A DNA stretch of 64,000 nucleotides, from the NCBI GenBank assembly GCA_965223415.1, contig OZ245002.1:4768001-4832000 (forward strand), read 5' to 3'. Below are positions 41,201 through 48,837 of the stretch, in pieces. Within the stretch, counting starts at the first letter, position 1; each line of letters starts with the position of its first letter. The position numbers and the translations under genes were made by a program. This DNA comes from Myxococcota bacterium (GTDB lineage Bacteria > Myxococcota_A > UBA9160 > UBA6930). Under the pieces are notes generated by a model. The model saw only the letters and a list, made by a program, of their open reading frames with translations. It did not search any database and was not told where the DNA came from.

Positions 41201-42187
41201 CACTCTGGAGAGGGAGACGCCCTCCCAGCGACTGGAGGACACCTTCGTGTCCCGGACGTCCAGGGTCGCATCGGAGACCTGGACCCCCGTCTCGGCGCTG
41301 TCGGAGACGCTCGTACCCGAGACCGTGAGCGAGCCCGACGTGCCGAGCTGGATGCCCTCGGCTCCGTTTCCTTCGAAGCTGGAGTCGGCCACCGTCACGG
41401 CGCCACGGAAGCACTCGAGGCCGTCCTCGCCGCTGTCGCGGATCGTCGCGTTCGCGACCCGGAGGCTGGCGTTCTCGCAGCGGATGCCTTCGGAGCGATT
41501 GTCGTGGATCGTGGCGCCGTCGATGGTCAGGGTGACGTCCCGGCCGAAGACACCGTCGTTTCGGGCGTTCGAGACGACCGTCGCGCCGGAGACGGTCACC
41601 GTGCCCGCGCCGGTCGCCTCGAGACCGTTGGATCTCGAGCGGTCGATCGTGCAGGAGGTCAGCGTCGCGTCGGTGCGATCGAGATCGATGCCGTCGTCGC
41701 CGTTCGACACCGCCGAGATCTGGTCGAGCACGAGCCCGTCGGCGTCGTCCGCATCGATCGCGTCCCCGCCCCCGGTGATGCGGAAGCCGCGCAGCAGGTG
41801 GTACCGGTGGGCGAGGGACACGACGTCCGAGCCCCCGCGGTGGATCCTCACGGTGCCGGCATCGCCGGTCTTTGCGCCGTCCCTGTCGGCGATCAGCGCG
41901 ATCGCAGCGGCCGCGGTTCCGTGGCGGCGGGAGCGGACCGCCTCGTTGTAGTTCCCGGCACCGACCCATGTCGTGTCGCCAGCCGCCATCGTGTCGAGGG
42001 CGTGCTGGATCGTCCGCCACGCCGTACCGGCGGAGGTTCCGGCGTTGCCGTCGTTGCCCGAGCGGCGCACGTAGTAGTCCGTGGCGGCGCCGGGAAAGGG
42101 CGCCAGCAGGGCGATGACGAGAACGATTCCGAAGCGAGGGGGCAGGGCAGCTTTCTCCGATGGAAGCCCGAGCGGACGGGTTCCCAC
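38291..42187 (-). CDS. MshQ-like adhesin: beta-helix N-terminus + DUF6701-like C-terminus
   Basis: WDEVG, VGRFTPDHF, GYVGQP, RFGR..NAHGSE, PWL..DW, ATFGIF..IYVRD; N-terminal DGI/EGI beta-helix repeats and DIGAYE. Confidence 0.85.
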   Translation of the reverse strand: MGTRPLGLPSEKAALPPRFGIVLVIALLAPFPGAATDYYVRRSGNDGNAGTSAGTAWRTIQHALDTMAAGDTTWVGAGNYNEAVRSRRHGTAAAAIALIADRDGAKTGDAGTVRIHRGGSDVVSLAHRYHLLRGFRITGGGDAIDADDADGLVLDQISAVSNGDDGIDLDRTDATLTSCTIDRSRSNGLEATGAGTVTVSGATVVSNARNDGVFGRDVTLTIDGATIHDNRSEGIRCENASLRVANATIRDSGEDGLECFRGAVTVADSSFEGNGAEGIQLGTSGSLTVSGTSVSDSAETGVQVSDATLDVRDTKVSSSRWEGVSLSRVAKGSIRQTSIHGSGRQGLEVLRSTMDAVDLQIDRSGEDGIRVSGAGDVRVFGATLADNRGDGIEVTGGAVFSLTGGQVERSGDEAVQVDSAATGRIYRSRLLASGGHGVYVTLNAQASLVNSIVAGSKASGARVVRGSRANLWHVVLADNGSDGLLVDRASAFLTNSIVSGSRGHGIRRTGSGSAVTHAYNVLWANRGGHFSGTSAGTGEVFTNPSFVAAGDFHLLASSPAIDAGTDASATTSEDLEGNPRPLGGAFDIGAYEALRAARVDHFAIGHDGHGVYCLGERITVTALDTGGLAVDDYTGAITLDTQTGKGTWAAAASNQGGFADATPNDGIATYTFTDADDGMASFTLTYLEGGTPVDVDAFETATPTVRDDDAEGSLAWAPSGIVVTASALTNPPPAVVADPIPSQTAGSPFSLHLTAYGQTPNDPTCGVIESYTGSRPLAFWGSHLDPTTGALVPTVGGVPIAASEAAALPHAVTFGNGQAVVSAKYKDVGRIQIGLKDESVTEPAGGITGSTNAFVVRPDELEITAVRRPDGSPNPAVPIPTGSVFVAAGSPFEVELRVLDAEGSLTPSFGREASPERLRLHASTLVAPGGGRNGTTGTGAILNATAFAGISPAGTFRGTTFGWDEVGAIRLQASLADGSYLGTGDVTGSESGTVGRFTPDHFDVALNTPSFATACPAGGFGYVGQPVSFAAGQEPEVTATARNAQGTTTENYTGSWFRLDGASQTGLAFLSATGSLTAAAPNPPSVTPLGAGIGRLSFTGGPDLGFVRSAPIPAFDAEIELRFDLQDQDGVAAAANPVRFGQATPGLGIAFDTGKEQRFGRMALANAHGSELAALGVPLRAELWNGSAFVAHAADVCSPASTAWLGLAPQPPSLPTTPSIANDPLFAGDAGLALSAPGAGQTGHVDLLFDLTTATGADLPWLFGDWDGDGGWLESPSGRATFGIFAGEGRTIYVRDAY

Positions 42188-42310
42188 CGGGCTGTATCGA
42201 TCGACCCACGCGTGAGCTGGAGCCCGGCCCCTGAGGGAGCTCTGGTCGGGGATCTCCCGGAGTCCTGCTCCGGCGAAGGCCCGGGCCGGCGCGCGCTACC
42301 GTGGCCGGCC

Positions 42311-43345
42311 ATGGCGGATGCGTTCCACCGCTCCTACGCCGACCAGGCCCGGCACTACTTCTTCGAGCGTCCCCACGAGGCGATCCTCGCCGAGCCCCTC
42401 GCCACGCCGGCAGCATGGCGCGGCGACGAGCTGGGAGAAGAGGATTGGCGGATCCGTCTCACCCCGGGACAGGTCGCCGAGCTGGAGCGAGCACTCGAGG
42501 GCGCACTGGCTCGCGGGCTTCCCCAGGAGACCCTCCGCCCGGCGGACTTCCCCCTTCCGTCCCTGGCCCGGGAGATCGCGAGCTGGCGGCAAGTGCTCGG
42601 GGCGGGGCGGGGCTTCCTGGCGATCTCCGGGCTGCCGATCGCGGGGCTCCGGGACGAGGAGGCGGGACTGCTCTTCTGGGGGCTCGGCCTCCACCTCGGC
42701 TGGCCCGGGGCCCAGAACGCCGAGGGTGACCTGCTGGGCCACGTGGTCGACACAGGCGAGGATGCCGCCGACCCCTTCGTGCGTCGCTACCGCACCTCCG
42801 GCGACATCGCATTCCACTGCGACGCCGCCGATGTGGTGGGCCTCTTGTGCCTCCGCGCGGCCCAGCGCGGCGGCGCCAGCCGCATCGCCAGCTCGGTCAC
42901 GGTCTACAACGAGCTGCTCCAGCGGCGCCCGGACCTGGTCCGGCGGCTCTACGAGCCCTTCGCCCTCGACATCCGCAACGAGAACCGCCCGGGCCAGCAG
43001 GGCTGGATCCCGGTCACGCCCTGTCGCCATGCGGCGGGCCACCTGCGCACCTTCTACCACAGCGACTACTTCCGCTCGGCGCCCCGGCACCCGGAGGTGG
43101 CCGAGCTGAGCGACGACGACAGGGCGCTCCTCGACCTCTACGAGGAGATCGCCCACATGCCCGGCGTCCACCTCGATATGGAGCTGCTGCCCGGCGACGT
43201 CCAGCTGATCTCGAACCACACCGTGGTCCACGCGCGCACCGCCTACGAGGACGAGGCCGGGGCGGAGCGCGGCCGCCACCTGCTCCGGCTCTGGCTTTCC
43301 CTGGAGGCTCCGGCGGACGGCCCGGAACCTTCATCCAGCACCTGA
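42311..43345 (+). CDS. TauD/TfdA-family Fe/2OG dioxygenase
   Basis: FHCD, NHTVVHART, RHLLRLWL. Confidence 0.9.
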   Translation: MADAFHRSYADQARHYFFERPHEAILAEPLATPAAWRGDELGEEDWRIRLTPGQVAELERALEGALARGLPQETLRPADFPLPSLAREIASWRQVLGAGRGFLAISGLPIAGLRDEEAGLLFWGLGLHLGWPGAQNAEGDLLGHVVDTGEDAADPFVRRYRTSGDIAFHCDAADVVGLLCLRAAQRGGASRIASSVTVYNELLQRRPDLVRRLYEPFALDIRNENRPGQQGWIPVTPCRHAAGHLRTFYHSDYFRSAPRHPEVAELSDDDRALLDLYEEIAHMPGVHLDMELLPGDVQLISNHTVVHARTAYEDEAGAERGRHLLRLWLSLEAPADGPEPSSST

Positions 43346-43473
43346 GCTTCCGGGGGCCAGGTTCGGGAAGGGCTGGGGAAGTCAGCCACGGGCTCTGGGC
43401 GAAGCGGGCCGGTCCGATCGCGGCCTCCTCGTTCGTCGTTGGGTCGAACCCCAGCCCAGCGAAGGAGAGATCC

Positions 43474-43797
43474 ATGGCCAAGTTCCTGCTCGTCTACCAC
43501 GGTGGCGGCGAGATGCCCGAAGACGAAGAGGCCCGCCAGAAGGAGATGGCCGCCTGGAGCGCCTGGTTCGGCGAGCTCGGCGCCGCGGTCGTCGACGGCG
43601 GCAACCCGATCGGGCCCTCGAAGACCCTCGCCTCGGACGGCTCCGCCGGGGAGGGCGGCGGCTCCAACCCGGCGACGGGCTATAGCCTCATCGACGCCGG
43701 AAGCCTCGACGAGGCGGTCCAGAAGGCGAAGGGCTGCCCGATCCTTGCCGGCGGCGGCAGCGTGGAGGTGTGCTCGACGATCGACGTCGGACCGTAG
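43474..43797 (+). CDS. YciI-like protein
   Basis: MAKFLLVYHGG, VDGGNP, TGYSLI, GCP, SVEV. Confidence 0.8.
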   Translation: MAKFLLVYHGGGEMPEDEEARQKEMAAWSAWFGELGAAVVDGGNPIGPSKTLASDGSAGEGGGSNPATGYSLIDAGSLDEAVQKAKGCPILAGGGSVEVCSTIDVGP

Positions 43798-43911
43798 GAG
43801 GCCCCCGGTCCCGCCGGCGATCGCGCCCGCGGGGATCGCCCCTCCCGCCGGGCGAGGCCGGTCGAGAATGCGAGTCCCGCCGCGCCGGGGCATTGGTAGG
43901 ATGCGGTGCCC

Positions 43912-44445
43912 ATGCATCCGGGATTCCGCTGCCTCTTCGTCGCCGTCCTCGGGCTCGCCCCTGCCGTCGTCCCGGTCGCCGCCGCCGCGGACCCGCTGGA
44001 GGTCGAGTGGCGGGGCCCGGCGGAGGCGGTCCAGGGATTCGTGATCGAGCGCCGCCCGGCGGGGGAAGTCCGCTGGTCGCCGATCGCCCGGCTGGGTCCC
44101 GAGGCGACCCGGTTCCTCGACGAGGTAGCCGGAGACGGCGACGCGTTGTGCTACCGGGTCCGGGCCATCCTCTACGACGGGAGCTGGGCGCCGTCCCTCG
44201 AGCAGTGCGGACCCACCGAGCCCGAGCTGGCCGGGGACGCCGAGCCGATCGCCGTGCCCATGCGACCGGACGTCGCCGCGCCACCACCCGCCCTCGAAGA
44301 GCCGACCGCGCCGAAGCCCGCCGGCCCGGCCCGGGACGCGGACGCGGCACCGCCGAAGGTCTCGGATCGCTTCCGTCCGGAGCCCCCGACGACGTTGGGT
44401 ACGCAGCGGGAGGCGGCCACGACCGATCCGGACGCGGCCCCGTGA
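43912..44445 (+). CDS. secreted protein with fibronectin type III-like domain
   Basis: Signal peptide; W..GFVIER..FLD..CYRVRA pattern. Confidence 0.65.
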   Translation: MHPGFRCLFVAVLGLAPAVVPVAAAADPLEVEWRGPAEAVQGFVIERRPAGEVRWSPIARLGPEATRFLDEVAGDGDALCYRVRAILYDGSWAPSLEQCGPTEPELAGDAEPIAVPMRPDVAAPPPALEEPTAPKPAGPARDADAAPPKVSDRFRPEPPTTLGTQREAATTDPDAAP

Positions 44446-44936
44446 TCCGGCTCCTGGCTGCGAGCCTCCTCGTGCTCCTGACGGCCGCCGCGTGCGCGAC
44501 CCAGGGCGAGAACGAGCGCCTGGTCGAGGCGCTGGCGCGCGGGGACGTCCATGCCATCGTGACCGTGCGCGGCGTGGTCGCCCTCGTCCCGGACGTCCTG
44601 TTCGAGTTCGACAGCCATGGACTCAGCGCCGACGCCGAGCGTCGCGTCGCGTCGATGGCCGCCGTGATCCTCGAGTTCGGGACCGTCCGCCCGATCCAGG
44701 TCGAGGGCCACACGGATTCGGTCGGCGACTCCGCCTACAACCTCGAGCTCTCCTTCCGGCGCGCCGAGCGCGTCGCCCGGGCGCTGGTCGAAGCGGGCAT
44801 CGATCCGCTGCGCGTGACGTCTCTCGGCCTCGGCGAGACCCGACCCGTGGCGCCGGACCAGGTCGAGGACGGACGCGACAACCCGGCGGGGCGGAGGCTG
44901 AACCGGCGGGTCGAGGTCGTGATCGAGAATCGTTAG
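44442..44936 (+). CDS. OmpA-family lipoprotein
   Basis: Lipobox; VEGHTD, NLELSFRRA, NRRVEV. Confidence 0.92.
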   Translation: MIRLLAASLLVLLTAAACATQGENERLVEALARGDVHAIVTVRGVVALVPDVLFEFDSHGLSADAERRVASMAAVILEFGTVRPIQVEGHTDSVGDSAYNLELSFRRAERVARALVEAGIDPLRVTSLGLGETRPVAPDQVEDGRDNPAGRRLNRRVEVVIENR

Positions 44937-44940
44937 ATCG

Positions 44941-47034
44941 TCATCGGGCGTCGTCGGCCAGCGGGGGCTCCGCAGGCGTCCCGCCCGCGGTGACGGCCGG
45001 GACGAGCTGGAAGAGCAGACGACGGCTGCTCGAATCGAGGGGGAGGGCCCGCTCCGCGATCTCGCCGCCCTCGAACTCCAGCCGGAACGTGTGCAGCCCC
45101 CGAGCCAGACGGGCGTCGGTGATGGGCGTCATGCCGAGCAGGCGACCGTCGGCAACGACCCGTGCCGGCGGTTCGGCGTCGATGGTGACCTGCAGCAGGC
45201 CCGGCGGCGCCACGCGCAGGATCTCGGGTCCGCGGGGCGCCGCGCCAGGCGTGGGAGCCGGAGCCGGCAGCACCGCTGCGGATCGTCGGGGCTCCGCGCG
45301 AAGCGGCCGCTCCCGCGGCGGGCCCACCCGGACCACCTCGGGGCGGCGACCGGGATCGAGGACGACGATCGGGGCCGGCTCGGCGTCCGCGTCCTCCTCG
45401 GTCTCCAGCGAAGGCGCCCCGGTCGGCGCGGCCTCGGGCAGGGCGCCAGCCACGCCGCGAGGAGGGCTCCCGGCCAGGGCAGCACTCCCTTCGAGGGGGG
45501 CGGCTTCGGGCGGCGTTGGGGGCAATTCGCCGGAAACGGGCGAGCGCGGAGCGGCGGCGACGTCGCGGAGAGGGGCTTGCGGCTGGGCAGGGGCCAGGGC
45601 GCGGCGCCCCCCCGCGCCCCTCGCATCCAGCGGCTCCGAAGCGGGACCGGCCGGCGCCGGGTCGAACGGCTCCGAAGCGGGACCGACCGGCGCGGGGTCG
45701 AACGGCTCCGAAGCGGGACCGGCCGGCGCCGGACCAAACGCGCCCGGATTGGCCGCGACCGGAGGAACCGCGTCGGGGGGCGTCGGGCTCGTCGTCGCTT
45801 CATCGTCCGCAGCCATCCGGTGCGGGAGCGGAGCCGCCGCCACGTCCGGGGCCGTCCCGTCCGGGAGCGGAGCCGCCGCCACGTCCGGGGCCGTCCCGTC
45901 CGGGAGCGGAGCCGCCGCCACGTCTGCGGCCGGCGGCCCTGCGACCTCGATGGCGCCCGGGGCGTCACCCCCCGCATCCCCCAGGAGCTGCGTGAGCCCC
46001 CACAGGAGCGCGAGCACGCCGGCCGCAACGGCGGCGGCGAGCCACCCACGCTGCGCGGCAGGCCCCCGCCGCACCGTGACCGGCGGCTCCGCGGGAGGGC
46101 TCGGCTCGTCGTCTGCAGCCACGGGTGCGGCCGGTTCGGAGCCCGACCGGGCCAGCGGCGACGGCGCCGGGGGGGAGGGCGCCCGCGAGAGAGGGGCGGC
46201 CACGACTTCATCCCGCGGCCCTTGCTGCGGCGGCGTCCCCTCGTGCGGGCGGAGGGACGCCTGCGGCGAAGCCCCGTCCTGCGGCGGAGGGGACGGCTCG
46301 GCCGGGGGGGCGGATGCTCGCATGGGGGAAGGCGGCTCGGCCGGAGGGGCGGCCTCTTGCGGAGGGGGGGGTGAAACCGGGGTCGCCTCTTGCGCAGCGG
46401 ACGATGAAACCGGGGTCGCCTCTTGCGGAGGCGCCTTCGCCACCGGCGGCGCCGGATCCCGTGCAGTCCCCGATGCAGGACGGGGCGGCGGGGGCGCCGC
46501 CGCCCGGCCGGCCTTGGCGAGCTGGGCCATCGTGACCACGCCCGACGACCCGGAGCGCGACGGGCGACGGGACGAGCTGCTCGGGGGTGCGAGGAAGAGA
46601 CGCACCAGCTTGGTCAACGCGGGTCGCGGACCGATCGCGCCCACGTCGATCCGCGCGGCGAAGGGCTCGAGGGCGCGGATCGCCTCCGTCTCGGCCCGCG
46701 CGGCCGCGACCAGGTGCAATCGGCCTTCCTGGAGGCGAAGGGCAGCCGCGAGCCGCTGGGCCGTCTCGAGCGAGAGCCGCTCCGCATCGCGCAACAGGAG
46801 CAGGAGCGGCGGGCCCGCCGAGGGCGCGGCGGCCAATGCCAGGGCGGCCGTCGGGTCGGTGCCCGGGGCCTTCAGGTCCAGGGCCCACAACACCGCCAGG
46901 GCCAGCTCGGCCAGCGAGCCATCCGCTGCATCCACGAGCACCACCCGAAACGCCGAGGCGGCCTCCGTCGCAAACGGCTGCAATGCCTCCCTCGCATCGG
47001 GGCCGACGAGGAGCGCGGGGAGGGGATGGCTCAC
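44941..47034 (-). CDS. Pro/Ala-rich membrane protein with C-terminal PEGA-like domain (start uncertain)
   Basis: One TM; P.ARVVADGRLLGMTP..GLH; internal 36- and 39-bp repeats. Confidence 0.65.
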   Translation of the reverse strand: MSHPLPALLVGPDAREALQPFATEAASAFRVVLVDAADGSLAELALAVLWALDLKAPGTDPTAALALAAAPSAGPPLLLLLRDAERLSLETAQRLAAALRLQEGRLHLVAAARAETEAIRALEPFAARIDVGAIGPRPALTKLVRLFLAPPSSSSRRPSRSGSSGVVTMAQLAKAGRAAAPPPPRPASGTARDPAPPVAKAPPQEATPVSSSAAQEATPVSPPPPQEAAPPAEPPSPMRASAPPAEPSPPPQDGASPQASLRPHEGTPPQQGPRDEVVAAPLSRAPSPPAPSPLARSGSEPAAPVAADDEPSPPAEPPVTVRRGPAAQRGWLAAAVAAGVLALLWGLTQLLGDAGGDAPGAIEVAGPPAADVAAAPLPDGTAPDVAAAPLPDGTAPDVAAAPLPHRMAADDEATTSPTPPDAVPPVAANPGAFGPAPAGPASEPFDPAPVGPASEPFDPAPAGPASEPLDARGAGGRRALAPAQPQAPLRDVAAAPRSPVSGELPPTPPEAAPLEGSAALAGSPPRGVAGALPEAAPTGAPSLETEEDADAEPAPIVVLDPGRRPEVVRVGPPRERPLRAEPRRSAAVLPAPAPTPGAAPRGPEILRVAPPGLLQVTIDAEPPARVVADGRLLGMTPITDARLARGLHTFRLEFEGGEIAERALPLDSSSRRLLFQLVPAVTAGGTPAEPPLADDAR

Positions 47035-47111
47035 TGCGCAGGTTGTAGCGGGCCCGGGCCCCCTGTCGCGATCATCTCTACTACTGGTAGTGTCCTGCCC
47101 CGTGGGGGTAG

Positions 47112-47384
47112 TCATCTCGGGGCCATAATCGCCGCCCGGACGGCATCCTGGGCCGACTCGACCGGCGGCTCGTGCAGTACCGCCGTCACCTCCCCGTCCA
47201 CCTCCCAGGCGTAGCACCTGGGCGCCGTCGGGTGGCCCAGCAGCTCGAACACGAGCACCTCGCCCTCCCAGACGGTCTCGCCTTGGAAGGTCTCCACGAC
47301 GGGCTCCCGGCGCTCAAGGCGGCTCTTGGCGCCGTGGGTGGCCCGAATAGCCTGCTCGATCTGCGGGATCGGCAGCTCGTTCAT
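47112..47384 (-). CDS. hypothetical 90-aa passenger protein
   Basis: MNELPIPQ..ETFQGETVWEGEV..GHP..RCYAW; starts 2 bp after upstream stop, ends beside IR. Confidence 0.75.
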   Translation of the reverse strand: MNELPIPQIEQAIRATHGAKSRLERREPVVETFQGETVWEGEVLVFELLGHPTAPRCYAWEVDGEVTAVLHEPPVESAQDAVRAAIMAPR

Positions 47385-47386
47385 TC

Positions 47387-48193
47387 CTATTCGGGCCGGG
47401 GCGAGCGCTCTGCGATTGCAGCACGCACATCGATGCCGCCCTCGCCCTCGTACATGAGGTCGAAGATGTTGGCGGCCGTCTGGAGCCACTTGGCGCGTTC
47501 GGGAATCGGCCACTCGCTATCCGGCTCGGGCAGGGATCCGAGCAGACCCTGGATGAACGGATGCAAGCCGTCGGAACCATCGCCTCCGCCATGGTTCGGG
47601 TTCTCGTCAACCTCGTTCACCGGGGGATCATTCTGCGGGGTCGTCACTCCGGGGCGCACCAGCCGATTGCGTCCGTGCTCGAAGAACCCGGCCCGCTCCG
47701 CGGAGCGCTCCAGAACCTGGCGAGCCCGGCTCTTCTGCTTGTCCGCAACGCCCAGGCCTTGCATGTCGCGTTCGAGGGCAGCCGCCGGCGGAACGACGCC
47801 CCCGCTGTACTTGTCGTACACCTCGCGGTAGAGGGGCACCGAGAGGAACGCATCGACGAGCGCCGCTCGCGCCTGACTCGGGTCCATGGCTCGGCGCCCG
47901 AGGTCAGAGAGGCGGTGCATCCCGGACCCACTGCCACCCTCGATGAGGCGGAAGTGGCGCGCCGACGCGACCTGGGTGCGATACGCGCTGCTCTTCGGGC
48001 TCTGGTTCGTCCAGGGCGCGAGCTGGTCGTCGGAGCACTCTCCGCTCCCGACGTTCGAGTGGATCGCCTCGGCCATCTGAATCGCCGAGGCCAGATCGCT
48101 GTAGGGGAACGCGATCGTGGACCGCTGGCGCCCCCCGCCGTCTTCCTTCGCCGTCGCCGCATCCGCGACCGACGGGATCGAGTCTCCGCTCAT
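47387..48193 (-). CDS. hypothetical passenger protein, possible winged helix
   Basis: GGGAGG RBS; FPY..SARHFRLI..LSDLGR pattern; C-terminal LHPFIQGLL..W..W domain. Confidence 0.75.
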   Translation of the reverse strand: MSGDSIPSVADAATAKEDGGGRQRSTIAFPYSDLASAIQMAEAIHSNVGSGECSDDQLAPWTNQSPKSSAYRTQVASARHFRLIEGGSGSGMHRLSDLGRRAMDPSQARAALVDAFLSVPLYREVYDKYSGGVVPPAAALERDMQGLGVADKQKSRARQVLERSAERAGFFEHGRNRLVRPGVTTPQNDPPVNEVDENPNHGGGDGSDGLHPFIQGLLGSLPEPDSEWPIPERAKWLQTAANIFDLMYEGEGGIDVRAAIAERSPRPE

Positions 48194-48282
48194 GCGAACC
48201 TCCCTTGCCGCAAGAGTGAATCGCGGCGTCCACGAATCTAGCAGACAAAGCGTGCTTGTCTCGCAGTCCGCAGTCGAAATGG

Positions 48283-48311
48283 TTGACAATCGCGGATTGC
48301 GACGCTCTACT
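48283..48311 (+). promoter_or_regulatory. sigma70-like promoter upstream of non-coding region
   Basis: TTGACA-17 bp-TCTACT. Confidence 0.55.
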
Positions 48312-48480
48312 TGTCTGACGCCCGTCCAGCATGCGGAGGAAAGCGGTGAGGAGGGTCTAGAGCGCCGGTGGCTGGAGTGGTCCACCCCGAACGGCGCGAA
48401 CACAAGTAACACCGCCCGGTATCCCGTCCTAGCTGGCCAGCCTTCGGGGATACCGGGCGGGAGGACCTGCCCGCCCCAGT

Positions 48481-48551
48481 GGGGCACGCAGGTTTGCCGG
48501 CAGAGGTCTTTACAGCCGTCTCCGTCGGGTTCGACTCCCGAGTGCTCCACC
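48481..48551 (+). ncRNA. tRNA-like cloverleaf, non-canonical
   Basis: Acceptor GGGGCAC/GTGCTCC + ACC; T arm TCGGG-TTCGACT-CCCGA; short D arm; bulged 6-bp stem with loop CTTTACA. Confidence 0.7.
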
Positions 48552-48568
48552 CGGGGCCTGGGCTCAGC

Positions 48569-48760
48569 TTAGCCAAGGTCCGCCCGTTCCAGCAGTACGG
48601 CCCTCGCCCAAGGTGAGAAGGCCATATCGGCCTTCTTGGCCGCCTTCTGGAGCTTCGCCCGGTCCGAAGCCCGCAGACGGATCGTGACTACTACGTCTTG
48701 GTCCTGCCCCTTCGGGAGCTTCGGTCTGCCCCTCGGGCGCTTCCTCGTTCTCGCCGCCAT
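48569..48760 (-). CDS. small ribbon-helix-helix-like DNA-binding protein
   Basis: RGRPK then VTIRL..LQKAA..SPWAR; divergent from transposase. Confidence 0.7.
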   Translation of the reverse strand: MAARTRKRPRGRPKLPKGQDQDVVVTIRLRASDRAKLQKAAKKADMAFSPWARAVLLERADLG

Positions 48761-48808
48761 GCGATTTCTTGTACCACATCAAATGAATATCTGCACTACG
48801 AAAAATCC

Positions 48809-48837
48809 TTGATTGCCCTTGATATTTGTAGTACATT
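48809..48837 (+). promoter_or_regulatory. transposase promoter, probably leaderless transcript
   Basis: TTGATT-17 bp-TACATT, ATG 6 nt downstream, no SD. Confidence 0.6.

Noticed and set aside
38262..42416. 1384-aa and other long Arg/Pro/Gly-rich ORFs (e.g. 30393-33254, 44492-47128, 61152-63914)
   Set aside because: Off-frame or antisense shadows of real genes, expected at high GC
47035..47217. N-terminal extension of the PEGA protein ORF
   Set aside because: Runs through the transposon IR and another gene, so cannot be ancestral
47387..48550. 387-aa version of the passenger protein
   Set aside because: Extension reads antisense through the tRNA-like element; good RBS and ATG at 48193
48481..48551. 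Genuine tRNA-Pyl or standard tRNA gene
   Set aside because: Anticodon is UUA not CUA, position 37 is C, D stem mismatched, no pyl genes nearby; kept only as tRNA-like
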